Shown here: one piece after another, positions 38,285 through 49,593 of the stretch
How positions within the stretch are numbered: position 1 is the stretch's first letter
Layout of the letters: each line of letters begins with the position of its first letter
Origin: Bifidobacterium sp.
GTDB lineage: Bacteria > Actinomycetota > Actinomycetes > Actinomycetales > Bifidobacteriaceae
Assembly: GCA_022640915.1 (NCBI GenBank)
Contig: JALCCT010000007.1
Span: 23,482-87,481, forward strand
Length of the DNA stretch: 64,000 nt
Reading direction: 5' to 3'
Position numbers and translations under genes: made by a program
Notes under the pieces: model-generated
Database searches by the model: none
What the model was told of the DNA's origin: nothing
What the model saw: only the letters and a program-made list of their open reading frames with translations

Positions 38285-40303
38285 GTGGAAGGATCCCCCT
38301 TGGTTTCAGCGGTCGATGGTCTGGGTACACGGTTCAGGGAGCTGAGCCGTCCAGACATCGACGGCGTATATCGCGATGGTGCACGCAAACGCGCTGCGCG
38401 AACCACGTTGGCAATAAGCGCTATCGGGCAGCTGTGGACTGACGCTACGGGAGCGCTGCCCTTCGCGCTTCCTGAGCGTGGCGTAGGGCTAGCGTCCGTA
38501 GGATCGCTAGCCCGCGGGCAGGTCGGGCCGAGCTCGGATCTGGACTTGGTGCTGATCTATGAGCCTCATGCGTTGAATGACGCGCAACTTGGTGCGCTTG
38601 CTGATGCGCTGTGGTATCCGCTATGGGACAGCGGCTTGGACTTAGATTATTCGGTGCGAACACGGCAGCAGTGCGAAAGTGTGACCGATCGCGACCTGCC
38701 TGCCGCCGTAGGCTGGCTCGATGTCAAGCCGATCGCCGGGGATAGTGCGCTGATCACAGCTACCGCCGAATCGATCCTGGAACGGTGGCGCAAAGCCGCC
38801 CGCAAACGGTTGCCTGAGCTGCTTGAATCCGCGCAGTCGCGTCTCGATCACTTCGGGCGCATGGCCTATCTCAATCAGCCCGACATCAAGGAAGCCCGTG
38901 GTGGCCTCAGAGACGCCGTGATCATCTCCGCGTTGGCAGCTTCTTGGCTTGCGGATCGGCCGCATGGCCCGTATGACGATGCGCTTGCTCGGCTTCTCGA
39001 TATCCGAGACTGCATCCATCTCGTCGCGGGCAAAGACACGAATCTGCTGCTTGGACAATATCAGCCGCAGGTCGCCCACGCGATGGGTTTGGCTGATCCG
39101 ACGCTGCCCGTCGAGGAACGTGATGCCCGATCGGCCGACGATCTACAGATGCTGCTGGCCCGCATAGGCCGGCGGATCGCATTCTCATGGGAATTCACCT
39201 CGTCCCACGCCCGGCATTCGCTCACTCATGAACGGCCGCGATTCTCCTTCTTCCAGCTGCTGAATCCCCAATCGGGTGGCAGACGCGAAACGCCTACGTT
39301 CCGTCCGCTCGCGCCCGGAGTGGTGGAGCATGAGAACGAAGTGGCGCTTGCTGTCGATACGAAGCCCGCTAGAGACGCTAATCTGCCTTTGCGAGTCGCT
39401 GTGGCTGCGGCGCAGGCCGGGCTGCCGATCAACCCGGTGACGCTACAGAACCTTGGGCGCTGCCCAGTGACCGACCATGATTGGAACGAGAGCGAACGAA
39501 GCCTGTTCATTACGCTGCTCGGCTCAGGCAAGGCGCTTTCTCGGGTGTGGGAGGAACTTGATTTCGTCGATGTTCCGGGCAGATGGATACCTGAATGGCT
39601 CGGCGTACGCAACCGCCCTTCAACTTCCGCGGCACATCGCTACACCATCGACCAGCATATGATCGAAACAGTGTCTTGGCTGGGACGAGATTGGCGCGAC
39701 GACCGGTCTGATGAGGTTGACGATGTGGGAGATGAGGCGGATGCAGGACGACTTGGCGCCGCGCGATCTGACAATGTGCTTGCGCAGCCTGGCGCTGCGT
39801 CGCTAACTCCGATGCCTCGTGATGCACGAGGCGATGACGCAAATGATAGCGATGCGATGTCACACTACGATGGGACTCATTACGACGCAACGCGCTACGC
39901 CGCGCTGCTGTTGGCTGGGCTGCTTCATGATATTGGCAAACGGCCCGGAGTTGCGGATCATGCCGCCGAAGGGGCGCGTCATGTGCCCGTCATTGTGCGT
40001 CGGCTGGGTTTCGGCGAAGACGTCGTGCACATCGCGACGCTACTGGTACGTGAGCATTTGACGCTGTCTGAGTATGCTACGGGCAAAGATCCCGAGGATC
40101 CGGCTGTGGCTGAAGAGCTGGCTGCGCGGCTGGATTACGATCGTGTCACGCTCGCCATGCTCTTCGACCTTACGCGCGCCGACGGTTCATCGTTAGGGGC
40201 TACGGCCAATGAGGCTATCACCAAAAAATATGGCTGGTCGCGTTGGCGCGAAACGTTGGTGCGCACGATGGCCGACGCCGCGCGCTCGTGTATGCCACGC
40301 TAA
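38285..40303 (+). CDS. glnD: PII nucleotidylyltransferase (NT + HD domains, no ACT domains)
   Basis: GS.ARG..GPSSDLDL, WDSG..LDYSVR, PDIKEARGGLRD, HRYTIDQH, LLHDIGK. Confidence 0.88.
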   Translation: MEGSPLVSAVDGLGTRFRELSRPDIDGVYRDGARKRAARTTLAISAIGQLWTDATGALPFALPERGVGLASVGSLARGQVGPSSDLDLVLIYEPHALNDAQLGALADALWYPLWDSGLDLDYSVRTRQQCESVTDRDLPAAVGWLDVKPIAGDSALITATAESILERWRKAARKRLPELLESAQSRLDHFGRMAYLNQPDIKEARGGLRDAVIISALAASWLADRPHGPYDDALARLLDIRDCIHLVAGKDTNLLLGQYQPQVAHAMGLADPTLPVEERDARSADDLQMLLARIGRRIAFSWEFTSSHARHSLTHERPRFSFFQLLNPQSGGRRETPTFRPLAPGVVEHENEVALAVDTKPARDANLPLRVAVAAAQAGLPINPVTLQNLGRCPVTDHDWNESERSLFITLLGSGKALSRVWEELDFVDVPGRWIPEWLGVRNRPSTSAAHRYTIDQHMIETVSWLGRDWRDDRSDEVDDVGDEADAGRLGAARSDNVLAQPGAASLTPMPRDARGDDANDSDAMSHYDGTHYDATRYAALLLAGLLHDIGKRPGVADHAAEGARHVPVIVRRLGFGEDVVHIATLLVREHLTLSEYATGKDPEDPAVAEELAARLDYDRVTLAMLFDLTRADGSSLGATANEAITKKYGWSRWRETLVRTMADAARSCMPR

Positions 40304-40528
40304 GTCGGTGGATAGCAGACGCTGTCTGTCAGGGCTTCGAGGCAGCTTCGGCAACAATGACAGGCGTGTGCGGCCGAAAGAAGTTTGGTCGGCCATCGTT
40401 CCAGCAGCGGCGATTGTGACCGCTGGTATTGCCACATGGATCACTGCGACGAACTGGATATCTCTCGGGCAGGAAACAGCGTAGTGTCCCCTGGTTGTCC
40501 TGTCAGAGGTACAGTATTCCGGAGGTAG

Positions 40529-40559
40529 CAAATAATTGATAACAGTTATCAATTATTTG
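40529..40559. promoter_or_regulatory. Perfect 15-1-15 palindrome, Fur/Zur-box-like
   Basis: caaataattgataac-a-gttatcaattatttg; core TGATAAC-N-GTTATCA. Confidence 0.65.
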
Positions 40560-40602
40560 ATGCAGCGAATACAGTGGATATGTCTAGGAAGGACATGACG
40601 GC

Positions 40603-41409
40603 ATGATCGAATTGAAGACGCCTAGGGAAGTCAATGAGATGCGGCCTGCAGGCAAATTCGTGGGGGATATCCTCTCCAAGCTGCGTGACATGACGCATCC
40701 CGGGACGAACCTGCTCGAGATCGACGACTATGTGCGCCAGCGGATCGAAGCCCGTCCAGGCGCGGTGTCCTGCTATGTGGATTATGCGCCCGACTTCGGC
40801 ACCGGACCATTCCGCCACTACATCTGCACGTCGGTCAATGACGCGGTGCTGCACGGCATTCCATATGATTATGCGCTGCGCGACGGCGACCTGCTTTCGC
40901 TCGACCTCGCGATCACAGTCGACGGGTGGGTCGGCGATTCCGCGATCAGCTTTGTTGTTGGTAATGATGCCGACCCCGAAGATCTGCGGCTCATCCAGAC
41001 CACGCGTGATGCGTTGGCAGCCGGTATTCGCATGGCACGATCAGGCAATCGACTAGGCGATATCTCGGCTGCAGTCGGCGCTGTGGCACACGACCAAGGC
41101 TATACGGTTAACCTCGAATTCGGCGGCCACGGTCTCGGCCACATCATGCACGGTGACCCATTCATTGCTAACGACGGCAAAGCCCACCACGGCTATCGCC
41201 TGCGCCCCGGCCTGGTTATAGCCATCGAGCCTTGGCTCCTGCGTACCACAGACGAGATCGTGCAAGATCAGCGCGACGGCTGGACGATCCGCTCCGCGGA
41301 TGGTTCGCGCGGCGCCCACACCGAGCATACGCTCGCCATCACCGACGGCGAGCCCATTATCCTCACCGCGCGCGAGCACGATGAAACCGTTGAGGCGCTT
41401 GGGCTCTGA
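40603..41409 (+). CDS. map: Type I methionine aminopeptidase
   Basis: CTSVNDAVLHGIP, DL..D, GDSA, GHGLG..MH, AIEP, HTEHT. Confidence 0.93.
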   Translation: MIELKTPREVNEMRPAGKFVGDILSKLRDMTHPGTNLLEIDDYVRQRIEARPGAVSCYVDYAPDFGTGPFRHYICTSVNDAVLHGIPYDYALRDGDLLSLDLAITVDGWVGDSAISFVVGNDADPEDLRLIQTTRDALAAGIRMARSGNRLGDISAAVGAVAHDQGYTVNLEFGGHGLGHIMHGDPFIANDGKAHHGYRLRPGLVIAIEPWLLRTTDEIVQDQRDGWTIRSADGSRGAHTEHTLAITDGEPIILTAREHDETVEALGL

Positions 41410-41413
41410 GGAC

Positions 41414-42787
41414 TTATTTCATCGCACGCAGCTGGTCAATCGTAACGAATTCAAAACCGTCGGTTTTAAGATCGTCGATGATTCCGGGCAGGGCTGCGAT
41501 GTCTTGTGAACGGTTGCCTCCGCCGTCATGCATGAGCACGATGGCGCCGTTGTAGGCATTCTTGATCACCGCGTCGTGGATGGCCTGCGCGCCGGGGCGC
41601 CTCCAATCCTCGGTGTCGATGGACCACAGCACGGTGCAGTCGATCAGATCGGCGGCGTTGCGCCACTGCTGTGGTCCGAATGCCCCATACGGGGGGCGGA
41701 ATACTTTCGTTTGCGTGCCTGAAGCTTTTTGCAGATTCGCGAGGCCGGCTGCGATGTCCGCTCGCTCGGCGTCGCGGCTCAGCTTGGTCATATCCGGGTG
41801 GGTGTTGCTGTGGCTCGCGACCTGATGGCCTTCGGCGGCCATGCGCTGCTCGACCTGAGGATACTGTAATGCACTCTGACCGATGTCGAAGAACGTGGCT
41901 TTGACGCCTTTGCTGCGCAGAATGTCTAAAATCGGGGCACTGTAGGCGCTTGGCCCGTCATCGAAGGTCAGTGCGATGACTTTGCGGCCTGCAGGCTTGG
42001 GTGAGATGGCTTGCACGATGAGATCGCGCGGCTGTTTGATAACGCCCTTGTTGAGTTTCTTGCCTGAAACCCGACCCGTCCACACCTCGCGCACGCCATT
42101 CTGTCCGGATTGTTGAAGCTCTTGGATCGCGCCGCGCCCGGTGAATTTGACCTGGTATGGTATCGCGGCGTCCTGCTTGTCATATGGCTCCATCTTGTCT
42201 TTGCCGGATTGCAGGCGAATATCGGCATCTTGCGGGAGCGCAGTGCGCTCGATCGCGCTCGCGGGCACGTTGCGGCCATTGATGGAGTATCTGATCGGTT
42301 CGCCGCCATGCTTGCTCTCCACTTCGCCGGTGATTGCCATAAGCCGGCCCGGTTTGCGCCCGAAGTCATGATTATCGGCCATCAGCCTGCCCAACGTGGT
42401 ATCGACCCGCACCTGCCGTGCATTGCCGTCGACACTGATGGGAATTCTGCGCCAATGGTTCTCCCACATGCCATAGCTCCATAAGCCGCCAGCAACCGCA
42501 CCTGCCGCAGCCAACAGCGCGAGCAATGCCAGCAGCCGGGTGAACCGTCGCCTACGGGGGTTCGGGTCGCCGTGATCTCCTGCGTTAGCTATGCCGTCTG
42601 CGTCATCGTAATCGGCCAACACACCCGCCTCTTCTGGATTCGCGCCGAAGTAAACGTCGTCTTCGCCGGACGCGTTGTCGTTGTGCGCATTGTCCTCGTA
42701 ACGGTCGCGATCGTAGGCTTTGCCTTTCCCGTGTGCAATGCCGTCGAATGACAGTTCTTCAATATTGTCTCCTGCGTTGCTAACCAT
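41414..42787 (-). CDS. Membrane-anchored polysaccharide/peptidoglycan deacetylase (CE4 NodB domain, G5-like linker)
   Basis: TM helix, ALTFDDGP, HSNTH, RPPYG, DTEDW, LMHDGG. Confidence 0.9.
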   Translation of the reverse strand: MVSNAGDNIEELSFDGIAHGKGKAYDRDRYEDNAHNDNASGEDDVYFGANPEEAGVLADYDDADGIANAGDHGDPNPRRRRFTRLLALLALLAAAGAVAGGLWSYGMWENHWRRIPISVDGNARQVRVDTTLGRLMADNHDFGRKPGRLMAITGEVESKHGGEPIRYSINGRNVPASAIERTALPQDADIRLQSGKDKMEPYDKQDAAIPYQVKFTGRGAIQELQQSGQNGVREVWTGRVSGKKLNKGVIKQPRDLIVQAISPKPAGRKVIALTFDDGPSAYSAPILDILRSKGVKATFFDIGQSALQYPQVEQRMAAEGHQVASHSNTHPDMTKLSRDAERADIAAGLANLQKASGTQTKVFRPPYGAFGPQQWRNAADLIDCTVLWSIDTEDWRRPGAQAIHDAVIKNAYNGAIVLMHDGGGNRSQDIAALPGIIDDLKTDGFEFVTIDQLRAMK

Positions 42788-43015
42788 CGTCCACTACCCC
42801 TTCTCTACGTACTTGCAGTGTTCGCTTATCTCCATACTACTGTCAGGCGCAGGCCCTCGATCGGGATCCGCCGCGCTGCGCCAATCCGGCGGACGAACCC
42901 GACGCTGCGGCGCAATAACTCACGAACAACGACCAGCCTGCCCGATGTGCGCAAGCTCACACATCGGGCAGGGCGTTCGCCGTCAGCGTCGGGCCGGCTG
43001 GGCGATAATGGAGTC

Positions 43016-44125
43016 ATGACTATTGCAACCTATGAGCGTTATGCGCAGATGCTGGACGCCGCCCGGCGCGGCGGATACGCCTACCCCGCGATCAATGTCA
43101 CCAGCACGCAGACGCTCAACGCTGCGTTGCAGGGCTTCGCCGAGGCCGAGTCGGACGGCATCATCCAGGTCTCCGTCGGCGGGGCGGATTACTTTTCCGG
43201 GCAATCAGTGCGGGACCGGGTTATTGGCTCGCTTGCGTTCGCGGCTTTCGCGCACGAGGTAGCGGCGCGTTACCCTCGCATCACCACGGCGCTGCACACC
43301 GACCATTGTGCCAGACAATACCTGGACGAATGGGTACGGCCGTTGCTTCGCCATGAGATCGATCAGGTGGCTTGTGGCCACGAACCGGCGTTTCAATCGC
43401 ATATGTGGGACGGCTCGACGGTGCCGCTAGATGAGAATCTCAACATTGCCGAAGAATTGCTTGAGCAGTCTGTGAAGGCGCACACGATTCTCGAGATTGA
43501 AATCGGGGCGGTCGGTGGTGAGGAAGACGGGCATTCAGCGCAGATCGACGAGAAGCTCTATTCGACTCCCGCTGACGGCGTGAAGGTCGCGCAGCGCCTG
43601 GGGCTGGGTGAGCGCGGCCTATATATGGCGGCCTTCACTTTCGGCAATGTGCACGGCTCATACAAGCCCGGCATCGTCAAGCTTCGGCCTGAATTGCTTG
43701 GCGATATCCAGCACGAAGTAGCTGCGGCGGTGCGCGATGGGCGAGTGGCTTGTGCACCGCGGGCTTTCGCAGATTCATGGCGCGAGGGAGGCGGTGACAT
43801 CAAAGGCGGCGGTGCGGCCGACGAGAAACCATTCGCGCTTGTATTCCACGGCGGCTCGGGCTCGCGCCCTGAGGAGATTGCGCAAGCGGTGAGCCACGGC
43901 GTCGTCAAGATGAACGTCGACACCGACACGCAGTACGCGTTCACTCGTGCGGTCGCCGGCCATATGTTCGAGCATTACGCTGGCGTACTCAAAATCGACG
44001 GCGAAATCGGCGAGAAGCGCTTCTATGATCCGCGCTCGTGGGGTCGTGAAGCCGAATCCGCTATGGCCGCTCGTGTGGTCGAAGCCTGCCAGCGGCTCGG
44101 TTCCGCAGGCAAGGCGCTGAAGTAA
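43016..44125 (+). CDS. fba: Class II fructose-bisphosphate aldolase
   Basis: LHTDHC, SHMWDGS, GGEEDG, FGNVHG, VFHGGSG, KMNVDTD. Confidence 0.93.
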   Translation: MTIATYERYAQMLDAARRGGYAYPAINVTSTQTLNAALQGFAEAESDGIIQVSVGGADYFSGQSVRDRVIGSLAFAAFAHEVAARYPRITTALHTDHCARQYLDEWVRPLLRHEIDQVACGHEPAFQSHMWDGSTVPLDENLNIAEELLEQSVKAHTILEIEIGAVGGEEDGHSAQIDEKLYSTPADGVKVAQRLGLGERGLYMAAFTFGNVHGSYKPGIVKLRPELLGDIQHEVAAAVRDGRVACAPRAFADSWREGGGDIKGGGAADEKPFALVFHGGSGSRPEEIAQAVSHGVVKMNVDTDTQYAFTRAVAGHMFEHYAGVLKIDGEIGEKRFYDPRSWGREAESAMAARVVEACQRLGSAGKALK

Positions 44126-44181
44126 GGCAATAGCCCCCCGGTAAATATCGCAATACCTGCATCGCAGTTGGCGTAGCGCGG

Positions 44182-44242
44182 GAATTTGTCATGTGCGAAT
44201 TTGTCATGTGCGAGTGTGTGATGTGCGAGTGGTGTGATGTAC
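44182..44242. repeat. Degenerating 15-bp tandem repeat (about 4 copies) between fba and purA
   Basis: gaatttgtcatgtgc x2, gagtgtgtgatgtgc, gagtggtgtgatgtac. Confidence 0.7.
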
Positions 44243-44319
44243 AAACGTGTGCACGGTGACGTTGTGAAGGTCACCGTGGCGCGATCATCCCCAACTAACT
44301 GGTATAGACGTCACGGTAG

Positions 44320-45660
<1,341 letters not shown>

Positions 45661-45699
45661 ACGTCGGCTCGGGTTCACCTGAAGCATGCGGGCATTGCA

Positions 45700-47067
45700 A
45701 TGACTCATACCGATGATGTACCGGGCGGCGACTTACGCTTGAACGGCCATCCGTCCGAGGGGGGCACCGCGAAGGTGCCTGGACGGCCTGGCAGCAAACG
45801 GTGGGCGATCGCCGTCCGCGCAATCGTATGTGGATGCATCGCGGGCCTGCTTGTGGCGCTGTATCGCTATGGCATCGGCTGCGGCACACGCTTTGCGCAC
45901 TGGATGTACCCACAGATTACGGCCCAGCCGTGGCTGATGGCGCCGTTTGTATGTGCTGCCTCGGTCATCGGCCTGATGATCGCATGGCTGGTGCGCCTTG
46001 AGCCGATGGCGAGCGGCAGCGGCATCCCGCAGGTCGAGGGCGTGGTGCTGCTGGGTTTGCGAATGCGTTGGCTGCTGGTTCTCGTGGTGCGTTTTGCCGG
46101 CGGATTGCTCTGCGGCATGTTCGGTCTGTCGCTGGGGCGCGAAGGACCGTCGATTCAGATTGGCGCGGCTGCGAGCCAAGGCGTGTCCGGCGCGATGAAA
46201 AGCGATGCGCTCGAGGAGAACACGCTGATCACCGCCGGTGCGGCGGCAGGGCTGTCCGCGGCATTCAACGCGCCGCTCTCCGGCATGATGTTCGCGCTGG
46301 AAGAGGTGCACCGCAATTTTTCACCAGTCATATTATTGTCTGCTGCAAGCGCATCGCTCAGCGCCGATTTCGTCTCGAAAACATGGTTCGGTCTGCGGCC
46401 GGTGCTCGATTTCACCAAGTTTGGGCAGCTGTCGTTGCCGCTCTATTGGTGGATGATTCCGCTCGGCATCGTGGCGGGACTTGTTGGCTCGCTCACGAAC
46501 CGCATGTTACTCGGCTTCCAGACCTTGTATAGCAAGCTTCCAGCCGCCGCTGGCCCGGTTATCGCGCTGTTGATCGCGTTGCCCTGCGGTCTGTTCGCGC
46601 CAAAAGTCCTCGGCGGAGGCGAAGAGCTCATTGATTTCGCCGAGCATGCCTCGTCTGGCGTACTAGGGCTGCTTGCGCTGCTGGCTATCAAAATGCTGTT
46701 CACGGGTTTCAGCTTCGGCTCCGGCGCACCTGGAGGCATCTTCATGCCGATTCTGGCGATTGGCACGCTGTCGGGAAGCGTATTCGGCTTGTTGGCCACG
46801 CAGCTGCTTGCGGGCATCGTGCCCCCAAGCGCAGTCGCAGTGTTCGCCGTCTGCGCGATGGCGGGAACGTTGTCGGCCTCGGCCAAGGCGCCTATGACTT
46901 CGATTCTGCTGGCCGTCGAAATGTCCGGTTCGCTTGTGCATACGCTCCCCGTCGCCGCATGTGCCTTCATAGCGTTGTTCGTTGCTGATCTGCTTGGCAT
47001 CAAGCCGATTTACAGTGCCTTGCTGGAGCGGTATCTCGCGGCCCATGGCGGCAGCGAAGGTAATTGA
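45700..47067 (+). CDS. ClC-family Cl-/H+ exchanger
   Basis: GSGIP, GREGP (gating Glu), FALEE (proton Glu), GIFMP, PIY. Confidence 0.92.
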   Translation: MTHTDDVPGGDLRLNGHPSEGGTAKVPGRPGSKRWAIAVRAIVCGCIAGLLVALYRYGIGCGTRFAHWMYPQITAQPWLMAPFVCAASVIGLMIAWLVRLEPMASGSGIPQVEGVVLLGLRMRWLLVLVVRFAGGLLCGMFGLSLGREGPSIQIGAAASQGVSGAMKSDALEENTLITAGAAAGLSAAFNAPLSGMMFALEEVHRNFSPVILLSAASASLSADFVSKTWFGLRPVLDFTKFGQLSLPLYWWMIPLGIVAGLVGSLTNRMLLGFQTLYSKLPAAAGPVIALLIALPCGLFAPKVLGGGEELIDFAEHASSGVLGLLALLAIKMLFTGFSFGSGAPGGIFMPILAIGTLSGSVFGLLATQLLAGIVPPSAVAVFAVCAMAGTLSASAKAPMTSILLAVEMSGSLVHTLPVAACAFIALFVADLLGIKPIYSALLERYLAAHGGSEGN

Positions 47068-47099
47068 GCGCATCTGCGACTAACAAAAGATCACGCATG

Positions 47100-47126
47100 G
47101 TTACGTTGTCGAAACGTAAGCGCAAC
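47100..47126 (+). promoter_or_regulatory. GlnR-box-like site upstream of the liv operon
   Basis: GTTAC-n6-GAAAC-n6-GCAAC. Confidence 0.55.
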
Positions 47127-47180
47127 CAAGCGCGGCCATCATCCTCCTAGATTGGTAGCTAATCGAGAGAGGATGGTTAC

Positions 47181-48608
47181 ATGACAGCCGTAACGAAACG
47201 ATCACGGCGTCGTCTTATGGGGATATCGCTCGGTTGCGTGCTTTTTTCCCTGTTGATGATGCTCTCCATGATGCGACCTGCCGCGGCGCTGGCCGCTGAA
47301 GCTGTTCCTGTGTGCAATCCGACTGCCTCGAATGGGTGCGTCAACGGTATCCTTCAGGATGCGAGTAAAAAGCCGATCAGCGGCGTGACGGTAACGCTGT
47401 CCGGCGCTGAAGCTGCGACGACGACCACCGACGAGACCGGGAAATGGGCATTCTCGGTGCAAGCTGACGGCACTTACGACGTAGCCATCGATAAATCTGT
47501 CGCTGCGCAGCACGGGCTCAAGGCCTCCCATGCGCAGGTGGAGATACAGAAAGACAGCTTCTCCAAGCAGCGCGGTGTGGTTCGCTTCGACCAGGTAGCT
47601 AGCCCTTCGGGTGGCAGCTCTCCTTCGCATTCACCGGGTTCGTCAGCGTCGTCGGGCTCGTCGAGTCCTTCAGGCTCAGGGGAATCTAACCCGGCTAGCA
47701 ATGCCGGTTCATCGTTAGGCTCGAACTTTGGTGCCAGAGTATGGCAGCAGCTGTATTCAGGCATCATCTTCGGCCTGATGCTCGCTCTGATGAGCGTAGG
47801 CATGAACCTGGTCTACGGCACTACTGGCCTGAGCTCCTTCTCACATGGCGAGCAGGTGTCGCTTGGTGGCCTGATGGCATACGTCGGCACGCAAATGCTG
47901 CATATGCCCGTGTGGGCCTCCGCGATCTTCGCTATCGCCATCGGTGCGATCACCGGCCTCGTCCAGAATGAGCTCGTCTGGGCTCCATTGCGACGACGCC
48001 ATATCGGCACGACGCAGCAGTTGATTGTGACCATAGGACTATCGATGGTGCTGCAATACATCTACCAGTTCTTCTTCGGTGGCAACGTCAAAGGCATTAC
48101 GATCTCGGTGGAGCAAGGCTTCAAGCTGGGCCCGATCATCACGGATGTATCCACGCTGATCTCGGCGGGCATCTGCATTCTGGTTATCATCGCAATGACG
48201 TTCTTCCTGTACCGCACTCGCCTGGGTCGCGCGACGCGGGCGGTTTCCGATAATGCCGCACTCGCCGCGGCCTCAGGCATCAACGTCGAGCAAGTCGTGC
48301 GCATCGTATGGATTATCTCCTGCGCTTTGGCGGCCCTCTCCGGCGTCTTGCTGGGTATTTATCTCAACGGCGTGTCGTGGAACACCGGCGCGGTGCTGCT
48401 GCTGCTCATGTTCTCGGCAGTGACGCTCGGCGGCCTTGGCACGGCCAATGGCGCGCTGGTTGGTTCGCTGGTAATCGGAGTTGTCGCTGACATGAGCTCG
48501 TTGATCATCCCCAATGATATGCGCTACGCCAGCGCGCTCGCGATTCTCATCATCGTCCTGCTGATCCGCCCGCAGGGCATATTCGGCAAAGTTCAGAGAG
48601 TAGGCTGA
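47181..48608 (+). CDS. livH: Branched-chain amino acid ABC permease (LivH-like) with an N-terminal exported beta-domain and Ser-rich linker
   Basis: GMNLVYGTTG..SFSHGE, TRLGRATRAVSDN..LA..SGIN, RPQGIFG. Confidence 0.85.
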   Translation: MTAVTKRSRRRLMGISLGCVLFSLLMMLSMMRPAAALAAEAVPVCNPTASNGCVNGILQDASKKPISGVTVTLSGAEAATTTTDETGKWAFSVQADGTYDVAIDKSVAAQHGLKASHAQVEIQKDSFSKQRGVVRFDQVASPSGGSSPSHSPGSSASSGSSSPSGSGESNPASNAGSSLGSNFGARVWQQLYSGIIFGLMLALMSVGMNLVYGTTGLSSFSHGEQVSLGGLMAYVGTQMLHMPVWASAIFAIAIGAITGLVQNELVWAPLRRRHIGTTQQLIVTIGLSMVLQYIYQFFFGGNVKGITISVEQGFKLGPIITDVSTLISAGICILVIIAMTFFLYRTRLGRATRAVSDNAALAAASGINVEQVVRIVWIISCALAALSGVLLGIYLNGVSWNTGAVLLLLMFSAVTLGGLGTANGALVGSLVIGVVADMSSLIIPNDMRYASALAILIIVLLIRPQGIFGKVQRVG

Positions 48609-48609
48609 G

Positions 48610-49593
48610 ATGGATTTTCTGACATTAATAAGCGATTCCCTGGGGCAGCTTATCGCCCCGACCACAGCCGCGTACGCGTTGGCTGCTATCGGCCTGAACA
48701 TCCATTTCGGCATGACAGGGTTGTTCAATATGGGCCAGGCGGGATTTATGCTGCTTGGCGCCTATGGCTTCGGCATCACCCAATCAATGGGATGGAACAT
48801 GTTCGCCTCGCTGTGCATGTCCATGCTGCTCGCCCTCATTTACGCGCTGTTACTAGGCATCCCGACGCTGAAGCTCGGCCCGGATTACCTTGCTATGGTG
48901 ACGCTGGCGGCGGCTGAAATCGTCAGGATCGTGGCGCGTTCGACGTCGCTGACATGGCTGACCGGAGGCTCCGGCGGCATCTCCCCCCAGTATTTCACCG
49001 AGCAGTTCGAAAACTCCTCGCCGCTGCCTGAAGGCCGGACTCGGATCCTCTGGTGGGCGTATTCCAACAATGTCGCTGATTCATGGTGGATCCGCATCGT
49101 GGGTTGGACTCTCGTGGCCATTGTCGCACTGCTGGCGTGGCGCTGGTTCAAATCACCGTGGGGCCGCGTGCTCAAGGGAATCCGTGAGGATGAGAACGCC
49201 GTGCGGTCGCTGGGCAAGTCGGTTACCCGCTTCAAGTTGCAGTCGTTGTTCCTCGGCGGCGCGTGCGGTGCGCTTTCGGGCATCCTCTTCGTGCTCCCGC
49301 GCTCGGTGCAGCCCGATTCTCTCGGGCGGCAAGTTACTTTCTATGTTTGGACGATACTGCTCATGGGCGGCGCCGCGACCATTCTCGGGCCGATTTTGGG
49401 CTCCTGCCTGTTGTGGGTCTCGCTGACCTTGATCAAGGAGCTGATGCGCACCGTGATACCCGATACCCTTATTTCCTCAAGCCAGATAGAATCCCTCGGT
49501 TGGGTGATCATGGGCGTTGCCCTGATGTGTTTAGTCATCTTTAGACCGCAGGGACTGCTGGGAGACCGAAGGGAGCTGGCGTTCCATGCCTGA
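48610..49593 (+). CDS. livM: Branched-chain amino acid ABC permease (LivM-like)
   Basis: GLNIHFGMTGLFNMGQAGF, DYLAMVTL, SPWGR.LKGIREDE, RPQGLLG. Confidence 0.88.
   Translation: MDFLTLISDSLGQLIAPTTAAYALAAIGLNIHFGMTGLFNMGQAGFMLLGAYGFGITQSMGWNMFASLCMSMLLALIYALLLGIPTLKLGPDYLAMVTLAAAEIVRIVARSTSLTWLTGGSGGISPQYFTEQFENSSPLPEGRTRILWWAYSNNVADSWWIRIVGWTLVAIVALLAWRWFKSPWGRVLKGIREDENAVRSLGKSVTRFKLQSLFLGGACGALSGILFVLPRSVQPDSLGRQVTFYVWTILLMGGAATILGPILGSCLLWVSLTLIKELMRTVIPDTLISSSQIESLGWVIMGVALMCLVIFRPQGLLGDRRELAFHA

Noticed and set aside
43016-44125. Aldolase as an anomaly in a bifid-shunt organism
   Set aside because: An fba-like gene next to purA is ordinary in bifidobacteria and other actinobacteria
44182-44242. 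Possible CRISPR mini-array
   Set aside because: Contiguous 15-bp units without spacers and no cas genes in the window
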